The position numbers were made by a program, and so were the translations under genes. The notes under the pieces are model-generated. The model saw nothing but the letters and a program-made list of their open reading frames with translations, ran no database searches and was not told the origin of the DNA. DNA of 32,000 nt from Methanothermobacter thermautotrophicus str. Delta H (GTDB lineage Archaea; Methanobacteriota; Methanobacteria; Methanobacteriales; Methanothermobacteraceae), in the NCBI RefSeq assembly GCF_000008645.1, contig NC_000916.1, positions 420,001-452,000 of the forward strand, read 5' to 3'. Positions 16,667-25,072 of this stretch are shown here, piece after piece. Numbering within the stretch: position 1 is the first letter of the stretch; every line of letters begins with the position of its first letter.

Positions 16667-19600
16667 ATGAGAAAAACAATGATTGAAGAGGTAATAAAGG
16701 AGGTGCTGGGACCACGAAGTGGCCCTGAGGAATCCATTAAAGGGGACCCCTACGATGAGTATATAACCGGTGTTATCATCCCCGCCGGATGGAGTCCCGC
16801 CATAGAAATGGGTGCTGCTGACCCCGATTCTGAAAATGTGAATACAGACATTGTTTCATCAGGAGAGGATGATGATTCTGATTATGAAAGCTCTGTATTA
16901 TCAGGACCATTCACACGGCCCAGATCATTTGGTATTTCATTCATGGCACCCGCCGGTGCAAAGGAAATGGATATCTGTGTCACGTGGGGTCGATACACCA
17001 GATCCGATGATGAGAAAATGTGGAAGAGAAAAGGCCATTTCTGCATCAAAAAATTTTCACTTGAGGAGGATAACACCCGTGAATGCATCTACCGGGAAGA
17101 TGATGGCAGCATAACGATCAATGTTATGATCAGGGAGGACGGAAACCGTAAAAACGTTAGGGTGATTCTTGTAAATGAACTTAAGGTCGCTCGAAGTGCT
17201 TACAGACCTGAAACAGCCTCCTGCATTTTTCAGCCATCCATTCGCATTAACGTTGAAGACCGTCCGGAAACTTCAGATGCCCCTGATGACTACAGAGATG
17301 AGATGAATTTCATTTACAGAAACAGAAAGATTGATGTGATGGGAATTCAATGCTCTGCAGTATCAAAATCATGTGAATACTCACATAACCTCAATGAGTC
17401 TATTTTATGGCCTGATGGTCTTAATCTGGCTGAAAAATTCCCTGAAATTGAAAATTTCAGAACTCCTGACTTCAGAACAGAATTTGTACCTCTCTATCCC
17501 AGTCCGATGCCATCCTTTGATGTGGAAGGGGTTGATGAACTTTCTGCAGAGAAACTTTCAGAGGCATGGAATTCCAGTTCAATTTCAGAGATAGTGAACC
17601 CCCTCATAGATGCATATGAAAGGTGGATAGAATGCAATAAAGGAATCCAGAAGTCAATGGATGGCAAAAATAAAAAATTTGCATCCGGTATAATCAAAAA
17701 ACAGGAAGAAGCGCTGAAAAGACTTAAAAATGGATTGGAAATCCTCATGGATAATGAGAAAGCAAGGCTCGCATTCTGTTTTGCAAACAGGGTCATATCA
17801 CTTCAGCATCAGTGGAGCCGGCAGGGTGATGATTTCCTCTGGAGACCATTCCAGCTCGCATTTTTTCTCATGAACATCGAACCCATATTCAATCCTGAAT
17901 CAGAATATCGTGATGTTCTGGATCTCCTCTGGATACCAACCGGGGGTGGGAAAACAGAGGCCTATCTTGCCATAATAGCATTTACGATGTCTCTTCGCCG
18001 TCTTAAAGGTTCCATCGGCTCAGAAAATATCCAGAGATGCTATGGAACAGCAGTTATATCAAGATACACCCTGCGCCTCCTCACCGTGCAGCAGTTCAGA
18101 AGGACCCTGAGAATGATAACAGCGGCGGAGTATCTGAGAGTTTTCATATGCGACAGCGGTCTCAGGGGATGGAGACCCTCCAACTGTGATATAAAAGAGG
18201 ACTGGTTATATGGTTCTGTGAGGTTCTCCGCTGGCCTATGGGTAGGTGGCGCCGTGTCTCCACTTCATCTGAGAATAAATAAAGGGGCCATTGACATCAT
18301 GACCTCCTCCGGGGATGGTGGGAATGAAAGTGAGCCGGCCCAGGTCATCAGGTGCCCCGCATGCAATTCATGGTTGAGTCTGCCGGATTCTTCAGAGAGC
18401 TCCCTGCCTGCCCATGATAACACAATAATCACCGTGGTCCAGAAAAAGAAGACAGACCTCAGCTTTGAGCCTTCAGAACTCAAAAAAATGTTTCCTGAAA
18501 TCAGAGAAATCAGAACTTGCAGGGACAACCTCAGGGAGAACCATGAAACACTCATCATAAAATTTGATGAAAGAGATATGGACATCCCCCGGATATCAGA
18601 GATCATGAAAGAACTTGAGAATCACTTTGAGTTCTCATCACTGAGCTGGAGAAGACCCGGCTACTTTGGAAGCTCCTTTGATAAAGGGAGGAGGAAAAAG
18701 AAATATTCAGACTTTGAAATATGGTGTCCCAATCCGGACTGTCCTCTGAATAAGGATGTTGACTGGGCGGAGGGTGTTCCCTCAGATGAGGAATCGGAGT
18801 TTCCCGATGGAAATGCCAGAAGAAAGTTTGAGAGTCCTTTTATAGAAAACAGAAGAATTCCTGTTCCTGCCTACACTGTTGATGAACAGGTATACTCAAG
18901 GTGCCCCACAGTTATAATAAGCACTGCTGATAAGATTGCGAGACTCTCCTTTGAGCCAAAGGCAGCAGCCATCTTCGGAAATGTTGATAAATTCAACATA
19001 TTTTATGGTTATCACAGGGATGGGCTATATCCCATAAACACGACAAAGAGTAGTGAAGCCCATGACACTGACGTGGAAGGGTTTCTGCCCCCTGAACTGA
19101 TAATACAGGACGAACTCCACCTCCTTGACGGTCCCCTCGGAAGCATCTTTGGAATCTATGAGGCATCCGTGGAATCTCTCATATGGCGTGGAGGGCTGAG
19201 ACCAAAATATCTTGCATCCACGGCAACGATAAACAACGCACATGATCAGGTCAGACTTCTCTTTGGAAGGGATCTGTTCCAGTTCCCGCCACACGGCCTT
19301 GAAATAGCAGACTCATTTTTTGTTAAGGAAGAGGATCCCGGTGATGCATGGGATGAACGGATTAGCGGAAGAATTTACATGGGAATCGCCGCACCCGGAA
19401 GAGGTCCGATAACTCCCCAGATAAGGCTATGGTCCCGTGTTCTCAAAACATCTGCGGAAAACACAGGCAACGAAGCCATCAGATATTACTGGACCGTTGT
19501 CGGATACTATAATTCCCTGAGGGAACTTGGAGGTGGGATTGCATTTTACAGGGAGGACGTTGTTGAGAGGTTAAAGGAGATTTCCGTGGATGATCCTCGT

Positions 19601-20374
19601 GATATAGATCCCGACCCGCTGGAACTTTCAAGCAGGATTGATTCAACTGCCCTGCCCCTTGTACTTGACAGAATAGAACGCGACGGAGAACAGCCGGGAG
19701 TCCCGGCATATGATGCCATTTTCACAACATCAATGTTCGGTACCGGTGTGGATGTGCCTCACCTTTCACTCATGATTGTCAGCGGTCAGCCAAAGACAAC
19801 AGGATCCTACATTCAGGCCACAGGGAGGATCGGGCGAAGACGGGGAGGTCTTGTCCTGACATTTCTGAATGCTTCAAGACCCCGGGACATGAACCACTAT
19901 GAAATGTTCATGAGGTATCATGCGAGAATTCATGAAAGCGTTGAATCTGTTTCAGTTTCACCCTATTCCGATGGGGCATTAAATAGAGCCCTTGGACCAG
20001 CGACCGTCGCATTTCTCAGAAACATGCCACTGGCCCGTGTTAACTGGACAGAAGAAGATGGTAAGGTCATATTATCCGGAGAATCCTCTGAAGATATTCA
20101 TTATCTGCAGGAATCCCTCACAAACCGGCTTGATAAAATATTTAACAGAAAAGAGGATGTGGAAATAATTGAAAATTTCCTTGAAGAGTGCATCAAAAAA
20201 TGGAGATCTGTTGCGGAAGAAGTCAATGAACTCCGATTTTCAGAGTACATAACCAGACAACACAACGTGGTCCTTGGCACTCCATCGCATGAATATAAAA
20301 ACCTCAAGACAGTTTTCAGAAATGCTCCAAATTCACTGAGGGATATTGAGGAAACAACAGGTTTCAGGGTGTAA
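16667..20374 (+). CDS. drmA: DrmA-like DISARM helicase (SF2), 1235 aa
   Basis: N-terminus IEEVIKEVLGPRSGPEESIKGDPYDEYITGVIIPAG, SSGEDDDSDYESSV, FGISFMAPAGAKEMDICVTWGRY; Walker A LLWIPTGGGKTEAYLAI; ELIIQDELHLLDGPLGSIFGIYEA; FTTSMFGTGVDVPHLSLMIVSGQPKTTGSYIQATGRIGRRRGGLVLTFLNASRPRDMNHYEMF. Order and motifs as in DISARM DrmA. Confidence 0.85.
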   Translation: MRKTMIEEVIKEVLGPRSGPEESIKGDPYDEYITGVIIPAGWSPAIEMGAADPDSENVNTDIVSSGEDDDSDYESSVLSGPFTRPRSFGISFMAPAGAKEMDICVTWGRYTRSDDEKMWKRKGHFCIKKFSLEEDNTRECIYREDDGSITINVMIREDGNRKNVRVILVNELKVARSAYRPETASCIFQPSIRINVEDRPETSDAPDDYRDEMNFIYRNRKIDVMGIQCSAVSKSCEYSHNLNESILWPDGLNLAEKFPEIENFRTPDFRTEFVPLYPSPMPSFDVEGVDELSAEKLSEAWNSSSISEIVNPLIDAYERWIECNKGIQKSMDGKNKKFASGIIKKQEEALKRLKNGLEILMDNEKARLAFCFANRVISLQHQWSRQGDDFLWRPFQLAFFLMNIEPIFNPESEYRDVLDLLWIPTGGGKTEAYLAIIAFTMSLRRLKGSIGSENIQRCYGTAVISRYTLRLLTVQQFRRTLRMITAAEYLRVFICDSGLRGWRPSNCDIKEDWLYGSVRFSAGLWVGGAVSPLHLRINKGAIDIMTSSGDGGNESEPAQVIRCPACNSWLSLPDSSESSLPAHDNTIITVVQKKKTDLSFEPSELKKMFPEIREIRTCRDNLRENHETLIIKFDERDMDIPRISEIMKELENHFEFSSLSWRRPGYFGSSFDKGRRKKKYSDFEIWCPNPDCPLNKDVDWAEGVPSDEESEFPDGNARRKFESPFIENRRIPVPAYTVDEQVYSRCPTVIISTADKIARLSFEPKAAAIFGNVDKFNIFYGYHRDGLYPINTTKSSEAHDTDVEGFLPPELIIQDELHLLDGPLGSIFGIYEASVESLIWRGGLRPKYLASTATINNAHDQVRLLFGRDLFQFPPHGLEIADSFFVKEEDPGDAWDERISGRIYMGIAAPGRGPITPQIRLWSRVLKTSAENTGNEAIRYYWTVVGYYNSLRELGGGIAFYREDVVERLKEISVDDPRDIDPDPLELSSRIDSTALPLVLDRIERDGEQPGVPAYDAIFTTSMFGTGVDVPHLSLMIVSGQPKTTGSYIQATGRIGRRRGGLVLTFLNASRPRDMNHYEMFMRYHARIHESVESVSVSPYSDGALNRALGPATVAFLRNMPLARVNWTEEDGKVILSGESSEDIHYLQESLTNRLDKIFNRKEDVEIIENFLEECIKKWRSVAEEVNELRFSEYITRQHNVVLGTPSHEYKNLKTVFRNAPNSLRDIEETTGFRV

Positions 20375-20376
20375 AT

Positions 20377-22113
20377 ATGATGAATAACGTGCAGCATCTT
20401 AGAAGATCCCAGTTCATATTCACCTATGGACCTGGAGCCATACTGGAGGGAAAGAACGGGCCCGTGATGATCCCTTCACTCAACGACGGCCTGGGAAACT
20501 ATTTTGGAATAGAATATCTTGAGAAGTTTGAGATTAAGGATAGCAGGCTTTCAGAGTTTCTCCGGAAAAATAAAGAGATTGATGGAACCATACGGCTATT
20601 TTCACTGCCCACCAATGCCGCCCTCTCCCTTGATGAAAACCGTCACATCTACAATACATGGCGGTTTCCCCGCTGGAAAATATGCTATGGAAGAACAGAA
20701 GGGGGACACCAGAATCCCGTCCTTTATTATGAACGTGAAGGGAAAGGCTGCCCCATATGCGGGTCAAGGAATGCCTCAGCCACCCGATTTGTGGCTGCGT
20801 GTCCTGACGGACATCTTGATGATCTGCCATGGAAATATCTCGTTCACAGTAAAGAAACCGGGTGCAATCCAGAATACTTTCACTGGAAAATTGAGGGACC
20901 ATCAATTGCGGATATAATAATTAAATGTCCGGAATGTGGACAATCATCTTCCATGAGATATATTTACAGAAAAAAATTCCGCTGCACAGGCAGACTTCCT
21001 GAAAGATCAGGGCTCCGTTCAAAGGAATCATGTGAACTTGAAATGAAGATTCTTCAGAGACAGTCAACCTCCCTCAGAATACCCGTAACACTGACCCTTC
21101 TGAAAATTCCCTATAAAACCAAACTGGATGAAATACTGGAGAACGATCCAGAATTCAGGGGTAACCTGCGCGGTATTATAAACCATGCAAATAAAGAAAA
21201 TCTGCTTTCAGACGTTAAGCAGAACAAAAGAAAATATTATGACACCGTTAAAGGGAGTATTGAGGACATGGGTTACAGAAGATTCTGTGAACATGTAATG
21301 GGATTCAATAGCAGGATGATAGCAGATCCCCTTGGAGATGAATTCCGGGCCCTCAGAGAAATGCGAACATCTGAAACACTATCAGTGGGAGAGCCTGTGA
21401 AATTTTCTGTTGATTCTCAGATTACCCTCAAAATTGTTCCTGTTGAAAAATTGAAGCTTACAACTGCTCAGATTGGATACTACAGGAGCCCTTATCTTAA
21501 AAAGGACGAAAATTCAGAGATAATTCCGTCAAATATTGTGAGTACAGGTGAAAGGGAAGCAATTTCCGAGTCATGGTGGTATCCTGCGTTTGAGAGTATG
21601 GGAGAGGGTCTGTTCATAACAGCGGATAGAATAGCCCCGGAATCTTCATCCTTAAATGCGCTGCAGGAGTGGGATGAAAGAAAATTGATTCATGACGAAA
21701 TTCTGAGACAGAACACACCTGTGAGTCCAGAATTTGTGTGGTGGCATACACTTTCACATTCCATTATACAGGCCCTCTCGTTATATGCAGGCTATTCATC
21801 ACCCTCAATAAGAGAAAGAATTTACACAGACTCCGGAGGCGCCGGTGGCATTCTCCTTTATTCATCATCGATTGGAGATGATTGCAGTATGGGAGGTCTC
21901 TCTGGATGTGCTTCAGAATCAAAATTTAAGGAGATATGGAAAATAGCAATGAATAATATTGAATTCTGCTCCAACGATCCGATATGTCATCAGAATCGGA
22001 TTTCAGATGGAAATTACAACGGATCCGCATGCCACCGCTGCCTGATGCTATCAGAGACATCATGTGAACACAGGAACAGGTGGCTGGATAGGCATGCTGT
22101 TCTTGGAGATTGA
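20377..22113 (+). CDS. drmB: DrmB-like protein (DUF1998, Zn-finger-like cysteines)
   Basis: LRRSQFIFTYGPGAILEGKNGPVMIPSL; CPICGSRNASATRFVAACPDGHLDDLPW; CPECGQSSSMRY; FVWWHTLSHSIIQALSLYAGYSSPSIRERIYTDSGGAGGILLYSSSIGDDCSMGGLSGCA...ACHRCLMLSETSCEHRNRWLDRHAVLG. DrmB signature; abuts DrmA with a 2-nt gap. Confidence 0.87.
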   Translation: MMNNVQHLRRSQFIFTYGPGAILEGKNGPVMIPSLNDGLGNYFGIEYLEKFEIKDSRLSEFLRKNKEIDGTIRLFSLPTNAALSLDENRHIYNTWRFPRWKICYGRTEGGHQNPVLYYEREGKGCPICGSRNASATRFVAACPDGHLDDLPWKYLVHSKETGCNPEYFHWKIEGPSIADIIIKCPECGQSSSMRYIYRKKFRCTGRLPERSGLRSKESCELEMKILQRQSTSLRIPVTLTLLKIPYKTKLDEILENDPEFRGNLRGIINHANKENLLSDVKQNKRKYYDTVKGSIEDMGYRRFCEHVMGFNSRMIADPLGDEFRALREMRTSETLSVGEPVKFSVDSQITLKIVPVEKLKLTTAQIGYYRSPYLKKDENSEIIPSNIVSTGEREAISESWWYPAFESMGEGLFITADRIAPESSSLNALQEWDERKLIHDEILRQNTPVSPEFVWWHTLSHSIIQALSLYAGYSSPSIRERIYTDSGGAGGILLYSSSIGDDCSMGGLSGCASESKFKEIWKIAMNNIEFCSNDPICHQNRISDGNYNGSACHRCLMLSETSCEHRNRWLDRHAVLGD

Positions 22114-22146
22114 GGATCTGAACTGATCAGAAATGGTGGTGAATAG

Positions 22147-25062
22147 ATGGAGCCTGCATATTACTATCATGATTATCCCGTGTGTCCAAACTGCAAAGAA
22201 CCTGTGATCACAGGAGCTCCCCTGCTGATTGAGGATGATGGAACATTTAGGTGTTCCTCCTGCGACGCCTTTTTCAGTCCTGCGGTGCATCTTCCGGAAA
22301 ATGAAGGGGTACATGAATTCCTGACGAAAAATCTGAAAGAACCTCCCAGTGAGGAACTGCCCCTTATCTGGCCCATAAAAAATAACGTGATTGAAAAATC
22401 ATATCTCAGCTGGCTTCCCAATATCAGTGAAGGAAAGTACCTGATAACATGGCCATGGAGGAATATCAGGTTCCTCCCAGTTCTAATCTGCGAGTGCCTC
22501 AGGGTTAAAGGAGATGCCAAGATCGTTGTGATCGGTGAGATCAATACCGGTGAAAGTAAAAATGAGCTGGGTTTTCCTGACCCCTTTTCAGCGCTCGGAA
22601 GCCTCCAATACATTGAAGATATGTCTAAGATGGATTCAGGTGATCTCAGAAATCTTAGAAGATTATTAAAAATAGACAGAAAAAATGTATTCAAAAAGAA
22701 AAAAAAGATCCATTACAGAATAAAGGATTCAAAGAACAGACATACGACAGAAATATCAGTATACAGACCAGAAATGACCATTAGAAAATGCATAAACCGC
22801 ATTTTAAAGTACTATAAGAATTTATATGGAATGAATGCTGTAAGGAGTATAACCCAGAAGGATGGGAAGGGTGATAAAAGAATTAAAAAACTGAAGGATG
22901 AAGGAATAATCGCCATAAGCATTGAAGAAAGGGAAGAATGGACGGGCAAAAAACTCAATTTTCCGGTATCTGACCTTTTTCATGTAATACTGAATTATGA
23001 TAACTTAACACGTTTTAAAGATCACTTTAAGTATGATTGCATAACAGATGTCAGGGATACAGATACTTCAGACAGTTCCGTGGTTTTTATCTCACAGACC
23101 CTGGAACCAGAAAAACTCTTTGGCATCGTTGAAGAATGCAACCCAGATATTGTATTTTTCACAGATTCAGATTATTTCGTCAATGAAAGGCTTTTCAACG
23201 GTAGGAGGTGGCAAAAATTCAGAGAATTTCTTCGTTCAACAGAGTGTACTGTTCTGATGTTTTCACTCAGACCCGACAGCAGACACCTGTACAGAGACCT
23301 TCAGGACAGCTTCACATGGCACACCTGGGATTGCATACCCATTCTTGACATACTGACCGGAGATGAAGATCATTCAAGACCATCCCCATTTTCATCATCA
23401 TTCAGTGAAATATCTGTCCCGGGGATTAATGCTGAGATAGAGTACATCCATCTCGAGGAGATTGATAGAATAGAAGAAATCTCCGAAAAGATCCTGAAAA
23501 TAGATAACGGTAAAAATGTGCGCCGTTATCTAAAATATCTTCCTCAGACACCTCTCAAGCTCCGCGGCCCACACAATTATTCAAATGGTGGCTGGGTCAT
23601 TGATAACATTCTGAATCAGATCCTGGATACACCAATCTTTGACGAGGTGAAAAACACATTCGAAGAGGTTTATTCAATTTCATCGGGCCCCCAGAGAAAC
23701 CCCATACTGAACTCCGTGAAAGAAATCATTGAAGCGGAACTTTCAGAGGATGACAGAAAATCTATATTCATAGCTTTAAGATCATCGCGGGAAACAAAGA
23801 GCCTGAAAAAAACTTTTGAAATTGATGAAGAGAATCCTGATGTGCTTGATGCTGTTGATATATGCACCTGGAATGATCTCCCCACCCACCATGGGGAAGG
23901 TCCCTCAGTGGTAATAGCAACTTCATATCCACCCATCGGATACTCTCTGAATGATACAGATATAGATAAATTTTACTTCATAGGAGGATCAACAGCCATT
24001 GAAAAAATAAAATCAGTAGTTAACAACAGAATCACAGAGCAGATTACAAAACCTCTTCACATTCCATCAAGAAAAGAAAGAGCGCCCGAACTTCTCTTTG
24101 AGATTACAGGAAAAATTCATGTTCCTGAAACCGTTAAAGAAGATATCCTAGAGTTTGAAAGATCCATTGAATCAGGATCATATTCAAAGATATCGAATTC
24201 GTATGGGAAAACCTATAAAAAGCGTGCGAGAACAATAAGAGCAGGCACTGAATGTGTGCTTGTGATCAATGAAATGAATTGTGGAATGTTCATACCATCC
24301 CACAGGCTTCTTTTCTTTAAGGATGAAACTGTCGACAGGATCGAACACATCAGAGCCGGTGATAAACCTGAAAATCTTCAGAACAGGACTCTTTTACTGG
24401 ATGAACATGGATTCTATACATCATTCAAAGTCCTTTTCACCAGATTCATGATAGAAATTGCCCCAAACCTGAAAATAAAACGTTCCTACTACACCTGGAA
24501 CGGCTTCAAAGAACTTGTGGATGACTCATATGAATGGTTAAGGAACATCCGAAATGCCATGAAGAAGCTTATGGATGCCCGTGACTGGAATGAAAACAGG
24601 GCAAAGGATTACCTATCAGAATATCTTGTTAAATATGATCTCAACGCCAGAAACCCCGAGTATATAAGAGATCACTGGCTGTCGGATCCAGATATCATAC
24701 TGACGTCGGAGGGTCATGTTCCAGTTTTTGATGTCGAGCACCCCAAGGGAATTTCAGATGTTGAAAAAATATACAGGGCTCTGGATGAACTATTTCCTGA
24801 AATGTGTCTTGATGATGAAAAAGCAAGAAGATCATACATTGCATCACGGACTCTTCAGAAACTGAGAAGAAAATTTTTAACTGATGAAAAGCAATCGCTG
24901 CATCAACGGTACCACAGATTCCATGACGAGCTCTGGAAAGAAATAAATTACGTCCTTAAACGTTCCGATAAATTTAAAATAAAGGATGCCAGAATTGTTA
25001 AGGTCAAGATAGATTCGCCATCCATGAAAATACTTCAAGATTATAAGAGGTATATAACATGA
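22147..25062 (+). CDS. 971-aa protein of uncertain family with N-terminal CxxC...CxxC ribbon; possible DrmE-like or novel component of the DISARM-like operon
   Basis: Full ORF, 33 nt after drmB, same strand. N-terminus YYYHDYPVCPNCKEPVITGAPLLIEDDGTFRCSSCDAFFSP. No Walker A, helicase motifs or HxK(x)4D PLD motif seen by eye. Confidence 0.7.
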   Translation: MEPAYYYHDYPVCPNCKEPVITGAPLLIEDDGTFRCSSCDAFFSPAVHLPENEGVHEFLTKNLKEPPSEELPLIWPIKNNVIEKSYLSWLPNISEGKYLITWPWRNIRFLPVLICECLRVKGDAKIVVIGEINTGESKNELGFPDPFSALGSLQYIEDMSKMDSGDLRNLRRLLKIDRKNVFKKKKKIHYRIKDSKNRHTTEISVYRPEMTIRKCINRILKYYKNLYGMNAVRSITQKDGKGDKRIKKLKDEGIIAISIEEREEWTGKKLNFPVSDLFHVILNYDNLTRFKDHFKYDCITDVRDTDTSDSSVVFISQTLEPEKLFGIVEECNPDIVFFTDSDYFVNERLFNGRRWQKFREFLRSTECTVLMFSLRPDSRHLYRDLQDSFTWHTWDCIPILDILTGDEDHSRPSPFSSSFSEISVPGINAEIEYIHLEEIDRIEEISEKILKIDNGKNVRRYLKYLPQTPLKLRGPHNYSNGGWVIDNILNQILDTPIFDEVKNTFEEVYSISSGPQRNPILNSVKEIIEAELSEDDRKSIFIALRSSRETKSLKKTFEIDEENPDVLDAVDICTWNDLPTHHGEGPSVVIATSYPPIGYSLNDTDIDKFYFIGGSTAIEKIKSVVNNRITEQITKPLHIPSRKERAPELLFEITGKIHVPETVKEDILEFERSIESGSYSKISNSYGKTYKKRARTIRAGTECVLVINEMNCGMFIPSHRLLFFKDETVDRIEHIRAGDKPENLQNRTLLLDEHGFYTSFKVLFTRFMIEIAPNLKIKRSYYTWNGFKELVDDSYEWLRNIRNAMKKLMDARDWNENRAKDYLSEYLVKYDLNARNPEYIRDHWLSDPDIILTSEGHVPVFDVEHPKGISDVEKIYRALDELFPEMCLDDEKARRSYIASRTLQKLRRKFLTDEKQSLHQRYHRFHDELWKEINYVLKRSDKFKIKDARIVKVKIDSPSMKILQDYKRYIT

Positions 25063-25072
25063 GAGTACGAAG

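Noticed and set aside
16667-20374. Interpretation as a housekeeping Hrq1/Lhr-type helicase
   Set aside because: N-terminal GP..GPEE..... region, WIPTGGGKTEAY and adjacency to a DrmB-type DUF1998 protein and C5 methyltransferase fit DISARM DrmA better.
22173-22694. 173-aa minus-strand ORF opposite the 971-aa gene
   Set aside because: Shadow ORF within the strongly supported plus-strand coding frame of the operon.
22147-25062. Hidden DrmC-like PLD nuclease motif
   Set aside because: Scanned the translated 971-aa protein for HxK(x)4D; the nearest strings (e.g. EHPKGISD) do not satisfy the spacing, so PLD activity is not claimed.
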